Assembly (NCBI GenBank): GCA_963845565.1
Contig: CAWJSJ010000001.1
Span: 416,001-480,000 of the forward strand
From: an uncultured Methylomirabilota bacterium
Lineage (GTDB): Bacteria; Methylomirabilota; Methylomirabilia; Methylomirabilales; 2-02-FULL-66-22
Reading direction: 5' to 3'
Length of the DNA stretch: 64,000 bases
A program made the position numbers and the translations under genes. The notes below the pieces were generated by a model that saw only the letters and a program-made list of their open reading frames with translations, was not told the origin of the DNA and ran no database searches. Shown here piece after piece: positions 45,857 to 55,264 of this stretch. The stretch's first letter is position 1, and each line of letters opens with the position of its first letter.

Positions 45857-47302
45857 ATGAGAGTGCTCCTGCTACGACCGGATCCCGGTAACGAGCGCTT
45901 CGGCCTGGGGCCGTTTTTTCGGGTGGAGCCGCTCGGCCTGGAGTACATCGGGGCGGCGCTCCGCGCTTGCGGCCACGAGCCGTGGATCGCGGATCTGCGG
46001 TTTCGTCCGGGCCTGGACACCTGGATCCGGCGCACCCGGCCCCAGTTGGTCGGCATCTCCTGCCTGCATTCACTCGAATACGACCGAGTGCGCGCGACCG
46101 CCCGGGCGGTCCGGCGGGCGGCGCCGGAGGCGTTCGTTCTGGTCGGGGGGCATGCGGCGGCGGCATTCCCGCGGCCGCTCGAATGCGACGAGGTTGATGC
46201 CATCTGCCTTGACGACGGCGAGGAGATCGTGCCGGCCCTGGTCGAGGCGATCGAGCGCGGTGCCCCCCTCGACATGCTGCCGGGGCTCCGACTGCGAATG
46301 GGCGGCGAGTGGCTCGCCACGCCTCCCCGGCCACGGCAGACCGGTCTGGATCTTGTACCCCTCCCGGCGCGCGACCTGGTCGAGCAACACCGGAATGGCT
46401 ATCACTGCCTGCTCTTCAAGCCGATCTGGCTGGTCGAGACGGCACGTGGCTGCCCGTATCGGTGCAGCTTTTGCTCGGTCTGGCAACTCTATGATCGTGC
46501 CTACCGGGAACGGTCCGTGGCGGCGGTGGCGGAGGACTTCGCCTCCGCCGGAGACGCCGTCTTCGTTGCGGACGACCTCTTCTGGCACCATCCGGCACGG
46601 AGCCGCGAACTCGCCGAGGCGCTCCGTAAACGTGGCGTGTCGAAGCGCTGGATCCTGGTGCAGACTCGGACCGACCTCATCTCGCGCCAGACGGAACTCC
46701 TCGAGGTGTGGCGGCCTCTGGCGAAGGATTTTGACATCTTCTTCGGGTTTGAGGCGGCCAGCGACGCCGGCCTCTCCCAGGTGGACAAAGACGCAGGGGT
46801 CGGGGCAAGCCTCGAGGCGGTGCGCATCGCCCGGTCCCTGGGTTACGGGGTCAACGGGAACTTCCTGATCGATCCCGACTGGACGGAGACCCATTTCGCG
46901 GAGCTGTGGGATTTCGTGGCGCGCCACGATCTCCGCCGGGCGGGATTCACCATCCTGACGCCGCTGCCGGGCACCGAATTTTTCGATCGGCTGGCCCCGC
47001 GGCTGGCGGGGCAGCCGTGGCATGCTTACGATATGCACCATCTGCTCTGGGAGCCGCGACTCGGCGCGCGGCGTTTCTTCGAGCTGTATGCCGAAACCTG
47101 GCGGCGATCCATCCTCAACGCGTCCGGAGACAAGACGTGGCTGGACTGGGTGCGGCAGGTGCGACCAACGATGGTACCGTATCTGCTGCGCGTGCTCTGG
47201 CGCACCCAGCGGATGATGAAACCCGAGGCCTACCTCGGCGAGTACCAGGCAACGAACCGGACGTGTCCCGGGTCTTCGAGCAGCGCCGGGGTCGCATCGT
47301 AG
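45857..47302 (+). CDS. B12-binding radical SAM enzyme (HpnR-related)
   Basis: EPLGLEY, VGGHAA, RGCPYRCSFC, DPDW and TPLPGT motifs. Confidence 0.88.
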   Translation: MRVLLLRPDPGNERFGLGPFFRVEPLGLEYIGAALRACGHEPWIADLRFRPGLDTWIRRTRPQLVGISCLHSLEYDRVRATARAVRRAAPEAFVLVGGHAAAAFPRPLECDEVDAICLDDGEEIVPALVEAIERGAPLDMLPGLRLRMGGEWLATPPRPRQTGLDLVPLPARDLVEQHRNGYHCLLFKPIWLVETARGCPYRCSFCSVWQLYDRAYRERSVAAVAEDFASAGDAVFVADDLFWHHPARSRELAEALRKRGVSKRWILVQTRTDLISRQTELLEVWRPLAKDFDIFFGFEAASDAGLSQVDKDAGVGASLEAVRIARSLGYGVNGNFLIDPDWTETHFAELWDFVARHDLRRAGFTILTPLPGTEFFDRLAPRLAGQPWHAYDMHHLLWEPRLGARRFFELYAETWRRSILNASGDKTWLDWVRQVRPTMVPYLLRVLWRTQRMMKPEAYLGEYQATNRTCPGSSSSAGVAS

Positions 47303-47363
47303 CGAAATGGTGCGGTGTCGGGCCGCGACCTCAGCGGCGGGAGGTAGGCGCAGGACCGTGGCA

Positions 47364-48257
47364 ATGGAGACCGTGGTGGACACCCCGGACCGGCCGAAGC
47401 CCTTCCGACATGTGCTGGCCGCCCCCTGGTTCTATCGTCTGGGGTTCGCGGCGGCGCGCGCGGTGCCCGTTCCCGTTCTGTACGGGATTGCCGATGGCCT
47501 GGGCGTGGCCACGTATCTGACCAACGGCAGGTTGGTCGCCGCAGTGCGCGCGAACCTGACGCGCGCATTCCCCCAGGCATCCGAGCGTGAACGATCACGC
47601 CTGATACGGCGGATCCTCCGGAACTACGTGCGATACCTGGTCGATTACGGCCGTTTTCGGTGGACGCGGCGAGAGGGGTTCGAGGCGCTGATCCCTGCAC
47701 TCGAGGGCGGAGATCACCTACAGGGAGCGTTTGCCGCCGGGCGGGGCGTGATCCTGGTTACGGGGCATGTGGGCAACTGGGAATTGGGGGGGACGTTCTT
47801 CGGCCAATCCGGCGTCAAGATCCATGTGGTCACCCTGCCGGACGGGCACCGACAGATCGACGCCATTCGGGAGCGATATCGGGGGCGCCACGCGATCAGC
47901 ACGATCGTCCTCGACGGGTCGCCGTTTGCCTCGTTGGAGATGATGGCAGCGCTGAAGCGCAACGAGATGGTGGCTATGCTGGTCGACCGGTGGGGGGAAG
48001 CGGATGGGATCGAGTCGCCCTTCTTGGGCGGGACGCATCACCTTCCCCGCGGCCCCTTTGTGCTGAGCCGGGCGACCGGGGCGCCGATCCTGCCTGCCTT
48101 TGTCGTGCGCGACGGGGCCTCCTACCTGGGGATTGTGGAGCCTCCCTTTGTCGTCGAGGGGGACGACTTGGGGCCCTATGCGGCTCGCGTCAGCGGTGCG
48201 CTGGAGCGCGTCATCCGGCGCTACCCGGATCAGTGGTATAATTTCATTCCTGTGTGA
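47364..48257 (+). CDS. Lipid A/phospholipid acyltransferase (LpxL/HtrB family)
   Basis: GHVGNWE, L.DR and YPDQWYNF motifs. Confidence 0.9.
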   Translation: METVVDTPDRPKPFRHVLAAPWFYRLGFAAARAVPVPVLYGIADGLGVATYLTNGRLVAAVRANLTRAFPQASERERSRLIRRILRNYVRYLVDYGRFRWTRREGFEALIPALEGGDHLQGAFAAGRGVILVTGHVGNWELGGTFFGQSGVKIHVVTLPDGHRQIDAIRERYRGRHAISTIVLDGSPFASLEMMAALKRNEMVAMLVDRWGEADGIESPFLGGTHHLPRGPFVLSRATGAPILPAFVVRDGASYLGIVEPPFVVEGDDLGPYAARVSGALERVIRRYPDQWYNFIPV

Positions 48258-48287
48258 GGCGGCGAGCGCAACCGGAAGGACGGCGAC

Positions 48288-49817
48288 ATGCACCTGACGA
48301 CGCTGGCGGGACGGCGGATTCCCGGTATCACGCGATCGCTTCCGCGGACGGTTCGGTCGCTCTGCCCGGAGTGCCTCCAGACGATCCCGGCAGAGGAATT
48401 GGCCGAGGATGGGCGCGTAGTCATGCGGAAGGCGTGCCCGACGCACGGGCCGTTCAAGGACGTCGTGTTCTCCGACGCCGAGATGTTCCTCCGCATGGAG
48501 GCGTGGCATTTCGGAGACGGCCAGGGGTTCGCGAACCCCCAAGGAGATGCGGACGGGGAGTGTCCGCAGCGGTGCGGCATCTGCGGCTGGCACACCAGCC
48601 ACACCTCGCTGGCCAACGTGGACCTGACCTCCCGGTGCAATCTGTCCTGCCAAGTGTGCTTTGCCGACGCCAACGGGCAGGCCTATGAACTGTCGTTCGA
48701 GCAGGCCATGGACACCCTGCGCCGGCTCCGGGGACAGTGCCCGGCGCCGGCGTTCGCGGTGCAGTTTACCGGCGGGGAACCGACGCTGCATCCGCGGTTT
48801 CTCGACATCGTGGCCGGGGCGAAGGCCCTGGGGTTTTCCCACCTCCAGGTGGCCAGCAACGGGCTGAAGCTGGCGGATCCGGATTTCGCGTGCCGGGCCC
48901 GGGACGCGGGCCTGCAGTACGTGTACCTCCAAATGGACGGGACGACCGACGAGGTGTTCCTCGCGCTCCGCGGCGCGGCACTCCTCGATCGAAAGCTCGC
49001 CGTGCTGGCGTCGGCACGGAAAGCCGGCCTTCGGATCATCTTCGTTCCCACCATTGCCAAGGAGGTGAACGACCACCAGATCGGCGACCTGTTCCGACTG
49101 GCGTTCGAGCACCTGGACGTGCTCTCCGGCATCGCCTTCCAGCCGATGACCTTCACCGGCCGCGTGCCGGAAGGGGACCGGCTGCGTCTGCGCTTCACGC
49201 TCTCGGACCTGGCGCGCGAATTTGGCGAACAAACGGGAATCACGCGGCTGGACGCGGACTGGTTCCCGCTGAGCGCCGCCGTGCCCCTCATCCGGTACGC
49301 CGGGGCCCTGACCGGCACCGCGCTGGTCAACCACACGTGCCACCCGCATTGCGGTCTGATGACCCTGCTGTTCGTCGATCAGGACCGGCGGGCGGTCCCG
49401 ATCACGCGGTTCCTGGACCTCTATTCCCTCCTCACGGATCTCGACGCGTTGGCGGCAAAGACGCACCCGACGAGCATCAAGGTCCTGTCGAAGGCCCGGG
49501 CGCTCCAGGCGCTCAACCGGCACTTCCATTCCGACCGCGCCCCGGAGGGGCTGACGTTCTTGCGATTCCTCCAGACACTGGACGGATTCGGCGACAAGCG
49601 GTACTCCTGGAGCGACGCCCACCGGGGGTACACGTACAAGACCTTCTACGTGCTCGGGATGCATTTCATGGACGCCTACAATTACGATCTCGAGCGCGTT
49701 TCGCGGTGCGGGGTCCATTATTCCGCTCCCGATGGGAAGATCTATCCGTTCTGCTCGTACAATTCGGGGCCGACCTTTCGAAAGCGAGTGGAAGAGGGAG
49801 TGGGATGGGCGCGCTGA
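48288..49817 (+). CDS. Radical SAM enzyme of the tetraether lipid synthase (Tes/GDGT-MAS, MJ0619) family
   Basis: CPEC..CPTHG, CPQRCGICGWH, CNLSCQVC, VYLQMDG, FQP..FTGR, HPHCG, MHFMD.YNYD..R..RC..HY and PFCSYN motifs. Confidence 0.88.
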   Translation: MHLTTLAGRRIPGITRSLPRTVRSLCPECLQTIPAEELAEDGRVVMRKACPTHGPFKDVVFSDAEMFLRMEAWHFGDGQGFANPQGDADGECPQRCGICGWHTSHTSLANVDLTSRCNLSCQVCFADANGQAYELSFEQAMDTLRRLRGQCPAPAFAVQFTGGEPTLHPRFLDIVAGAKALGFSHLQVASNGLKLADPDFACRARDAGLQYVYLQMDGTTDEVFLALRGAALLDRKLAVLASARKAGLRIIFVPTIAKEVNDHQIGDLFRLAFEHLDVLSGIAFQPMTFTGRVPEGDRLRLRFTLSDLAREFGEQTGITRLDADWFPLSAAVPLIRYAGALTGTALVNHTCHPHCGLMTLLFVDQDRRAVPITRFLDLYSLLTDLDALAAKTHPTSIKVLSKARALQALNRHFHSDRAPEGLTFLRFLQTLDGFGDKRYSWSDAHRGYTYKTFYVLGMHFMDAYNYDLERVSRCGVHYSAPDGKIYPFCSYNSGPTFRKRVEEGVGWAR

Positions 49818-49839
49818 CGCGGGGCTTGCTGTGACCGGG

Positions 49840-50562
49840 ATGAGGCTCCGCTTCGCTGCGATCGCGGCGCTGGGGTTGTCCTGGTGGACCCCTGGGGGAC
49901 CGGCGGCGGCGCCTGCCCCTGCTCCGATTGAGGGCAAGGAGCGAATCGAGGTTATCGAGCGCCTCCAGACGCAGCAGCGACAGATTACGAGTCTTCGGGC
50001 CACGGTTGTGCAGAGGAGGCGGCACCCGCTCCTGACCGCCGAGGCGGTGAGCGAGGGCACCTTGCTCTTCCAGAAACCCAACCGGGTTCGGTGGGAGGTG
50101 GACAAACCGGATCGGGCCGTCATGGTGATCGACGGGCGCTCGTTGATGACCTATCGCCCCGACAGGCAGGAGGCCGAGCGAAGGGATTTCGGGGCGGATT
50201 TCGGCGCCCGCGCGGCCGTGGAGTTTCTCGCCTCGGGAATGAGTCTTGCGGTGCCCGAACTCGAGAAGCGGTTCCAGGTGGACATGCACCGGGAGGACGG
50301 GATCTTGGTCCTCGTGCTCACGCCCCGATCCCGATGGGCGGCGAAGGCGGTCGCGTCGGTGGCGCTCTATCGGCAAGCGCAGGACGCGGTGCCCAGCCGG
50401 ATCGTGATCTCCGGCCAGCCGGGCGATCGGACGGAGATCACGCTGACCGATATCGTCATCAATCCCCCGGTTGCCGAGGACGCGTTTACCCTCCGTCTTG
50501 GGCCGGGGGTCCGGGTGACGGACATCAGCAGACCGGGAGGAGAGAAGGGCAGTGACCGTTAG
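49840..50562 (+). CDS. LolA-like periplasmic lipid/lipoprotein carrier
   Basis: Signal peptide; G.L.FQKP..VRWE..KP motif. Confidence 0.82.
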   Translation: MRLRFAAIAALGLSWWTPGGPAAAPAPAPIEGKERIEVIERLQTQQRQITSLRATVVQRRRHPLLTAEAVSEGTLLFQKPNRVRWEVDKPDRAVMVIDGRSLMTYRPDRQEAERRDFGADFGARAAVEFLASGMSLAVPELEKRFQVDMHREDGILVLVLTPRSRWAAKAVASVALYRQAQDAVPSRIVISGQPGDRTEITLTDIVINPPVAEDAFTLRLGPGVRVTDISRPGGEKGSDR

Positions 50563-51655
50563 GCCGTCCGCCACCTGCGGGGTGATCGAGCTTCCGGTGC
50601 GCCGAATCCACCTGGAATTGACGAACCGGTGCAACTTCGCCTGCGAGTTCTGCCCAGACGATCGCATGGTTCGGCCTCGCGGCGCCATGCCGCTCTCCCT
50701 GGTCGAGCGTCTGCTGGCGCAAGCCGGCCGGGACCGTGTCGCCCGGGAGGCGCACTTCCACGTCATGGGGGAACCGCTGCTCTATCCCGCGCTGACCGAC
50801 GCGGTCCGCCTTGCCCGCGGCAGCGGGCTGGAGGCGTGGCTGACCACGAACGGGAGCCTGTTGACCCCGGACCTGCTGACGGACCTCCGGGACGCCGGCC
50901 TCTCCCACCTGACTATCTCGCTGCAGACGCCCGATGGCCCCACCTTCGGCCTGCGTGGGTCCCATCGCCTCTCCTTTGCGGAGTACCAGGAGCGGATGGT
51001 TGGCGCAGTGCGCCGCTTTCTGGCGGACGAGTCGGGGATGCACCTTTCGGTCTGCTTTTTGTCCAATCCGCTGCGCCGGTTCCATGCCCCGGGCGCGGCC
51101 CGGCTGCGCGTGGCCGAGTCCGGGAAGGAGTTGCGCGCGCACATGGCGCGTTGGGTGGACGAGATCTTCGGCGGTACGGCCTTCGAGCGCCAGGTGCCGG
51201 AACTCCGCGCTCGGATCCGGAAGGCCGGCATCTTGAAGGAAGGCTGCATCCCCCTGACCGCACACCTTGACTTCCGGGTCCGCGTCCTGGGGAACTGGGC
51301 GGGGCACTTCGCAGGTCCTTTCGTTCCCGCCCGGTTCGGCTACTGCCCGGGGCTGGCCGAGCAGTTCGGGGTCCTGTGGAACGGGGACTACGTGATCTGC
51401 TGCGCGGATTACGACGGACGAACGGCCTTGGCGAACGCCTCGGAAACCTCAGTGGTGGAGTATCTGTCGCTGCCCGCGGTGCAGGAGATCGCGGGTGGCT
51501 TCCGACGGCATCGCGTCATCCACCCGCATTGCCGGCAGTGTCTCGGGGATCGGCACCCGGTGAGTTCCTTCCTGCGGCAGGCCGGATCGATCGTCTATTT
51601 CAAGGTCTACCGGAAGTTCATGAAGGATGGAGTCACAGGGCGGGGCACGGCATGA
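50552..51655 (+). CDS. Radical SAM protein with a SPASM/twitch domain
   Basis: CNFACEFC, GEPLL, C..L..QFGVLWNGDYVICC.D and C..C motifs. Confidence 0.88.
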   Translation: MTVRPSATCGVIELPVRRIHLELTNRCNFACEFCPDDRMVRPRGAMPLSLVERLLAQAGRDRVAREAHFHVMGEPLLYPALTDAVRLARGSGLEAWLTTNGSLLTPDLLTDLRDAGLSHLTISLQTPDGPTFGLRGSHRLSFAEYQERMVGAVRRFLADESGMHLSVCFLSNPLRRFHAPGAARLRVAESGKELRAHMARWVDEIFGGTAFERQVPELRARIRKAGILKEGCIPLTAHLDFRVRVLGNWAGHFAGPFVPARFGYCPGLAEQFGVLWNGDYVICCADYDGRTALANASETSVVEYLSLPAVQEIAGGFRRHRVIHPHCRQCLGDRHPVSSFLRQAGSIVYFKVYRKFMKDGVTGRGTA

Positions 51656-53007
51656 ACCTCCTGCTCATATCACCACTGACATCCAAGAGCCTGCTGGGGG
51701 CCGATTTCTATTTCCGGATGCCGACGCTGGGCCTGCTGCGGGTCGCCGGCGCGACACCGCCCGAGTGGACGGTGAGTATCCTCGACGAGAAGGCGGAGCC
51801 GATCGATTTCTCGCGCCCGGCGGACCTGGTCGGAATCACGGGGATGACCCCCGCTATCAACCGCGCGTACGAGATTGCCGATGCGTTCCGCGGCCGCGGC
51901 GTGCCCGTGGTGATGGGGGGAATCCATGTCAGCATGTTGCCGGACGAGGCGCTGGCGCATTGCGATGCCGTGGTCATCGGCGAAGCGGAAGGGCTCTGGG
52001 CGCGTCTGCTGGCGGACTTCCGGGAGGGGCGGCTGCAGCGCCGCTACCAGCACACCGCATTTCCGCCCTTGACGCGGCTCGGCAGCCCGCCGTGGCCCCT
52101 CTACGACGGGAAGCGGTACCTGCCGTTTCACTGCGTGGAGACCAGTCGGGGATGCCCGCACGGATGCGATTTCTGTTCCGTGACGAATTACTTCGGAGGA
52201 TGTTACCGCACGCGCCCGCCGGCGGAGGTGGAGGCGGAGATCCGCGGACTGCGCCCCTTCGCGGGGCGATTCACGCTGAAGAACGTCGTCTTCTTCGTGG
52301 ACGACAACATCGCGGGGGACCGCGCCCATGCGTGCGACTTGCTGACCCGGATGATTCCCTATCGGCTCAAGTGGCTTGGCCAGGCGTCGACCGGCATTGC
52401 TCGAGACGACGAGGTGCTGGACCTGTGCCGGAAGAGCGGCTGCATGGGTCTGCTGATCGGTTTCGAGACGCTGTCTCGGGAGCGGCTCAAGGCGGTGCGT
52501 AAGGGATTCAATCGCCCCGACGACTACCTGGACGCCATCCGGAAAATTCACGATTACGGGATCGGCATCAGCGGCGCGTTCGTCTTCGGTCTGGATGGCG
52601 ACGACGAAGGGGTGTTCGACCGGACCTACGAGTTCGTGCAAAAGGCGAGGCTGGAGAGCCCCTACTTGTCTATCCTTACCCCCTACCCCGGGACACGCCT
52701 ACACCGAAAACTTGCGGACGAAGGGCGCATTGTCGATTTGGACTGGTCCAATTACAACACCAACAACGTGGTGTACCGGCCCCAGGGGATGACGGCAGAG
52801 CAGTTGTTCGACGGGTATTTCCAGCTGCAGAAGGCGGTCCACACGGTGCCGGCCATCGTGCAGCGGTTCTGGGGAACCACCTCGCGGGCCAACTTCTGGC
52901 TGCCCATGAATTACGGGTTCCGTCGCTCGGTCCAGAAGCTGGCGGCGCGGTCGCGAGAGTTTCGCCCGGTCGGGTCGGGCTTTACGAACACGACGCCCGC
53001 CGCGTGA
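51652..53007 (+). CDS. B12-binding radical SAM enzyme
   Basis: GGIHVS, GEAE, RGCPHGCDFC, FVDDN, GFET and TPYPGT motifs. Confidence 0.9.
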   Translation: MNLLLISPLTSKSLLGADFYFRMPTLGLLRVAGATPPEWTVSILDEKAEPIDFSRPADLVGITGMTPAINRAYEIADAFRGRGVPVVMGGIHVSMLPDEALAHCDAVVIGEAEGLWARLLADFREGRLQRRYQHTAFPPLTRLGSPPWPLYDGKRYLPFHCVETSRGCPHGCDFCSVTNYFGGCYRTRPPAEVEAEIRGLRPFAGRFTLKNVVFFVDDNIAGDRAHACDLLTRMIPYRLKWLGQASTGIARDDEVLDLCRKSGCMGLLIGFETLSRERLKAVRKGFNRPDDYLDAIRKIHDYGIGISGAFVFGLDGDDEGVFDRTYEFVQKARLESPYLSILTPYPGTRLHRKLADEGRIVDLDWSNYNTNNVVYRPQGMTAEQLFDGYFQLQKAVHTVPAIVQRFWGTTSRANFWLPMNYGFRRSVQKLAARSREFRPVGSGFTNTTPAA

Positions 53008-54185
53008 CCGTGATGCGATGCGCGCGCGCTTCTCGGATCCTGATCCTGGACGGCTTCTGGAACAAGGCGCTGGCGGGGGTGCGCTCCCTGGGGCGGCGCG
53101 GCTTCTTCGTCGGTGTGGGGGAAAGGACGCGGCTCACCCCCGCGATGTTCTCGCGCTACTGCCGGCGCCGGCTTGTGCACCCCTCCGTCTCCAGGCGGCC
53201 GGATGCGTTCCTGGCGGTGTTGGAGCGGGAGCTCGAGATCGGCGGCTACGATGTGCTCTTGCCCATGGAACTCTCCACGCAACTCCTGGTCACGGCGCAT
53301 CGGGAGCGTCTGGCACCATTGGTGCGGATCCCCTTCGCGGATGCCGAGGCGACCCGCCGCGTCGATGACAAGGGATCGCTCGCCGCGTTCGCAACGGCGC
53401 GCGGGATCGCGTGCCCGGCCACGTTCTTTCCACGGGGGCCGGTGGATGCCGCCGCGATGGCGGGCGAGTTCCCCTATCCGGTCCTCATTAAGCCGCGCCA
53501 TTCCTCGGGCGGGCGGGGGATCGCACGGGTGGAATGCGCCGCGGACTTCGCGACGGCGTATGCCCGGGTCCATGGCCGATCGGCCGCGCCGATCGTGCAG
53601 GAATGTCTCCCCCCGGGCGGGGAGGCCCTGGGTGTGGCCGTACTGATGAACTTCGCCTCGGAACCGAGGGCGTCATTCACCTACCGGCGCCTCCGGGAGT
53701 ATCCGATCACCGGCGGCCCGAGCACGCTTCGAGAGAGCATCTGGGATCCGGCGCTTCAACAGCGCGCGGAACACCTGCTGGCATCGTTGAGCTGGACCGG
53801 GGTGGCCATGGTGGAGTTCAAAGTGGATCCGCGGGACGGCGAACCGAAACTGCTGGAGGTCAATCCCCGTTTCTGGGGCTCGCTCCACCACGCGATTCTC
53901 TGCGGCGTCGATTTTCCGTTCCTCCTGTACCGGTTAGCCATGGACGGGGATGTGGATCGGGTGATGCGATATCAGGTCGGGGTCAGGAGCCGCTCGCTGC
54001 TCCATGGCGACATGATGCATTTTCTGGCGAACCCCAACCGGTGCCACCTGACGCCCAGGCTACACGACTTCTCCATCCCCGATGACGTCCTCTCGGCGGA
54101 TGATCCCTTGCCGACTCTCGGGCGCATCGCGTCCCTGGTGGCACTGGCGCGCGACCGGGAATTGCGCGCACTGGCGTGGAACTGA
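53004..54185 (+). CDS. ATP-grasp carboxylate-amine ligase
   Basis: IKPR..SGGRG, VQE.LP and VEFK.D..LLEVNPRFWGS motifs. Confidence 0.85.
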   Translation: MTVMRCARASRILILDGFWNKALAGVRSLGRRGFFVGVGERTRLTPAMFSRYCRRRLVHPSVSRRPDAFLAVLERELEIGGYDVLLPMELSTQLLVTAHRERLAPLVRIPFADAEATRRVDDKGSLAAFATARGIACPATFFPRGPVDAAAMAGEFPYPVLIKPRHSSGGRGIARVECAADFATAYARVHGRSAAPIVQECLPPGGEALGVAVLMNFASEPRASFTYRRLREYPITGGPSTLRESIWDPALQQRAEHLLASLSWTGVAMVEFKVDPRDGEPKLLEVNPRFWGSLHHAILCGVDFPFLLYRLAMDGDVDRVMRYQVGVRSRSLLHGDMMHFLANPNRCHLTPRLHDFSIPDDVLSADDPLPTLGRIASLVALARDRELRALAWN

Positions 54186-54186
54186 G

Positions 54187-55242
54187 ATGAGGCGTCGGGA
54201 ACGACGAGCCTGCAGATCGGCAGTGGTCCGCCGCGCATGGACGTTGGCCGCGGTGTTGCTTTTCCTAGGCGGCGCGGCATGTAGTACGACGGACAAGCGC
54301 GTCGGGCCGCAGGTGTACTCGCAGCCCCGCTACGGGATCGATCGGTTCGTCGAGGCAAAAGGCTACCGCCTCCATTACGTGGAGGCGGGTTACGGACCGC
54401 CGGTGGTGCTGATTCCGGGCGCCTTTACGACCTATCGAGCGTGGGACGGTATGCTGCCCGCCCTGTCCGTCCACCACCGGGTTCTTGCGTTCGACTACGT
54501 CGGCGTCGGGGATTCGGACCAACCGAGTGACGGGTTCGGGTATACGTTGGAGGAGCAGGCGGATGTGATGCGGGAGGCGATCGTCACTCTCGGTGTGGTC
54601 GGGACGAGGGTTATCGGTGCGTCGTACGGAGGTGCGGTGGCGTTGAATCTTGCCGCCCGGTATCCGGAACTGGTCAGCCGGGTCGTCTGCATCGAGGGCG
54701 GGGCGCTGATCGCACCCGAGGTGCTGAACTACAGTGCACTCGGACGCCTCATCGATTGGCCCGTGCTGGGGGACATCATCTGGGGGTTCATGAAGTCCGG
54801 TCTCTTCGACACGATCACGGCGCGATCGGTGATGGGGAACGCCTGGGCGGACTTGACGCCGGAAGCCCGCCGCGATGTCACCGGGGTCTTCTCGGCGAAC
54901 ATCATGACCGTGTCGCGGGCGTCGTGGATGGGAATCTACCGAGCGATCACGACTCGGATCGACTTCCTGGAGGCCCTGCAACGCACCCGAACCCCCGTGC
55001 TCTACCTGTACGGGGAGGCGTCGAAGTATCGGGCCGTGGCCGAGGCGAACGCGAGGCAGTTCTCGGAACGCCATCCGACCATCGAAGTGGTGGCGTTCCG
55101 TAACGGGATCCACGACTTGCACCTGCAGTATCCCGAAGAGATCAGCAGGCTGGCCTTGGGCTTCTTCGGGGCGGCGCCGAGCGCGCAGTTGGCCGGCGGG
55201 GGCGCGGCCAAAGCGGAGAGCGCGGCAGTCGTGGGGCCGTGA
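54187..55242 (+). CDS. Alpha/beta-hydrolase, probable lipoprotein
   Basis: Signal peptide ending GAAC; GASYGG nucleophile elbow; C-terminal His. Confidence 0.85.
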   Translation: MRRRERRACRSAVVRRAWTLAAVLLFLGGAACSTTDKRVGPQVYSQPRYGIDRFVEAKGYRLHYVEAGYGPPVVLIPGAFTTYRAWDGMLPALSVHHRVLAFDYVGVGDSDQPSDGFGYTLEEQADVMREAIVTLGVVGTRVIGASYGGAVALNLAARYPELVSRVVCIEGGALIAPEVLNYSALGRLIDWPVLGDIIWGFMKSGLFDTITARSVMGNAWADLTPEARRDVTGVFSANIMTVSRASWMGIYRAITTRIDFLEALQRTRTPVLYLYGEASKYRAVAEANARQFSERHPTIEVVAFRNGIHDLHLQYPEEISRLALGFFGAAPSAQLAGGGAAKAESAAVVGP

Positions 55243-55264
55243 GGTCACCAGGAAAGGGATCGAC

